From NCBI RefSeq assembly GCF_964355755.1, contig NC_092675.1, positions 6,629,812-6,693,811 of the forward strand: a stretch of 64,000 bases of DNA. Direction: 5' to 3'. The position numbers and the translations under genes were made by a program. The notes below the pieces were generated by a model. It saw only the letters and a program-made list of their open reading frames with translations, searched no databases and was not told where the DNA came from. The DNA is from Antedon mediterranea (Eukaryota > Animalia > Echinodermata). Every line of letters begins with the position of its first letter. The stretch's first letter is position 1. Shown here piece by piece: positions 64,000-64,000 of this stretch.

Positions 64000-64000
64000 G

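Overview
AT-rich, intron-containing animal genomic DNA. It is probably from a marine invertebrate such as an echinoderm, which is an inference from the repeat content and gene families. I reconstructed spliced gene models by hand from splice sites and paralog comparison. (1) Three 6-exon secreted pancreatic-lipase-family genes, arranged minus/plus/plus, that lack the C-terminal PLAT domain and have a short lid. (2) One intronless ankyrin-repeat gene resembling ANKRD63. (3) Three paralogous lectin genes, again minus/plus/plus. The two complete ones have 13 exons and encode a secreted protein of signal peptide + five C-type lectin domains + a C-terminal PAN/Apple domain; the third runs off the window after exon 7. 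Every lectin intron is phase 1, and each lectin domain is split into a scaffold half-exon and a ligand-loop half-exon. Some scaffold exons are nearly identical between paralogs, while the ligand-loop exons and sugar motifs diverge. This lectin family is the best candidate for an undescribed system. Introns and intergenic DNA hold many repeats: Harbinger-type MITEs, Kolobok-like and MULE-like elements, Helentron-associated elements, L2-, RTE-X- and Dong/R4-like LINE fragments, SINEs, and three large minisatellites, one of which forms a spacerless palindrome. Most ORFs in the supplied track are exon read-throughs or repeat artefacts.
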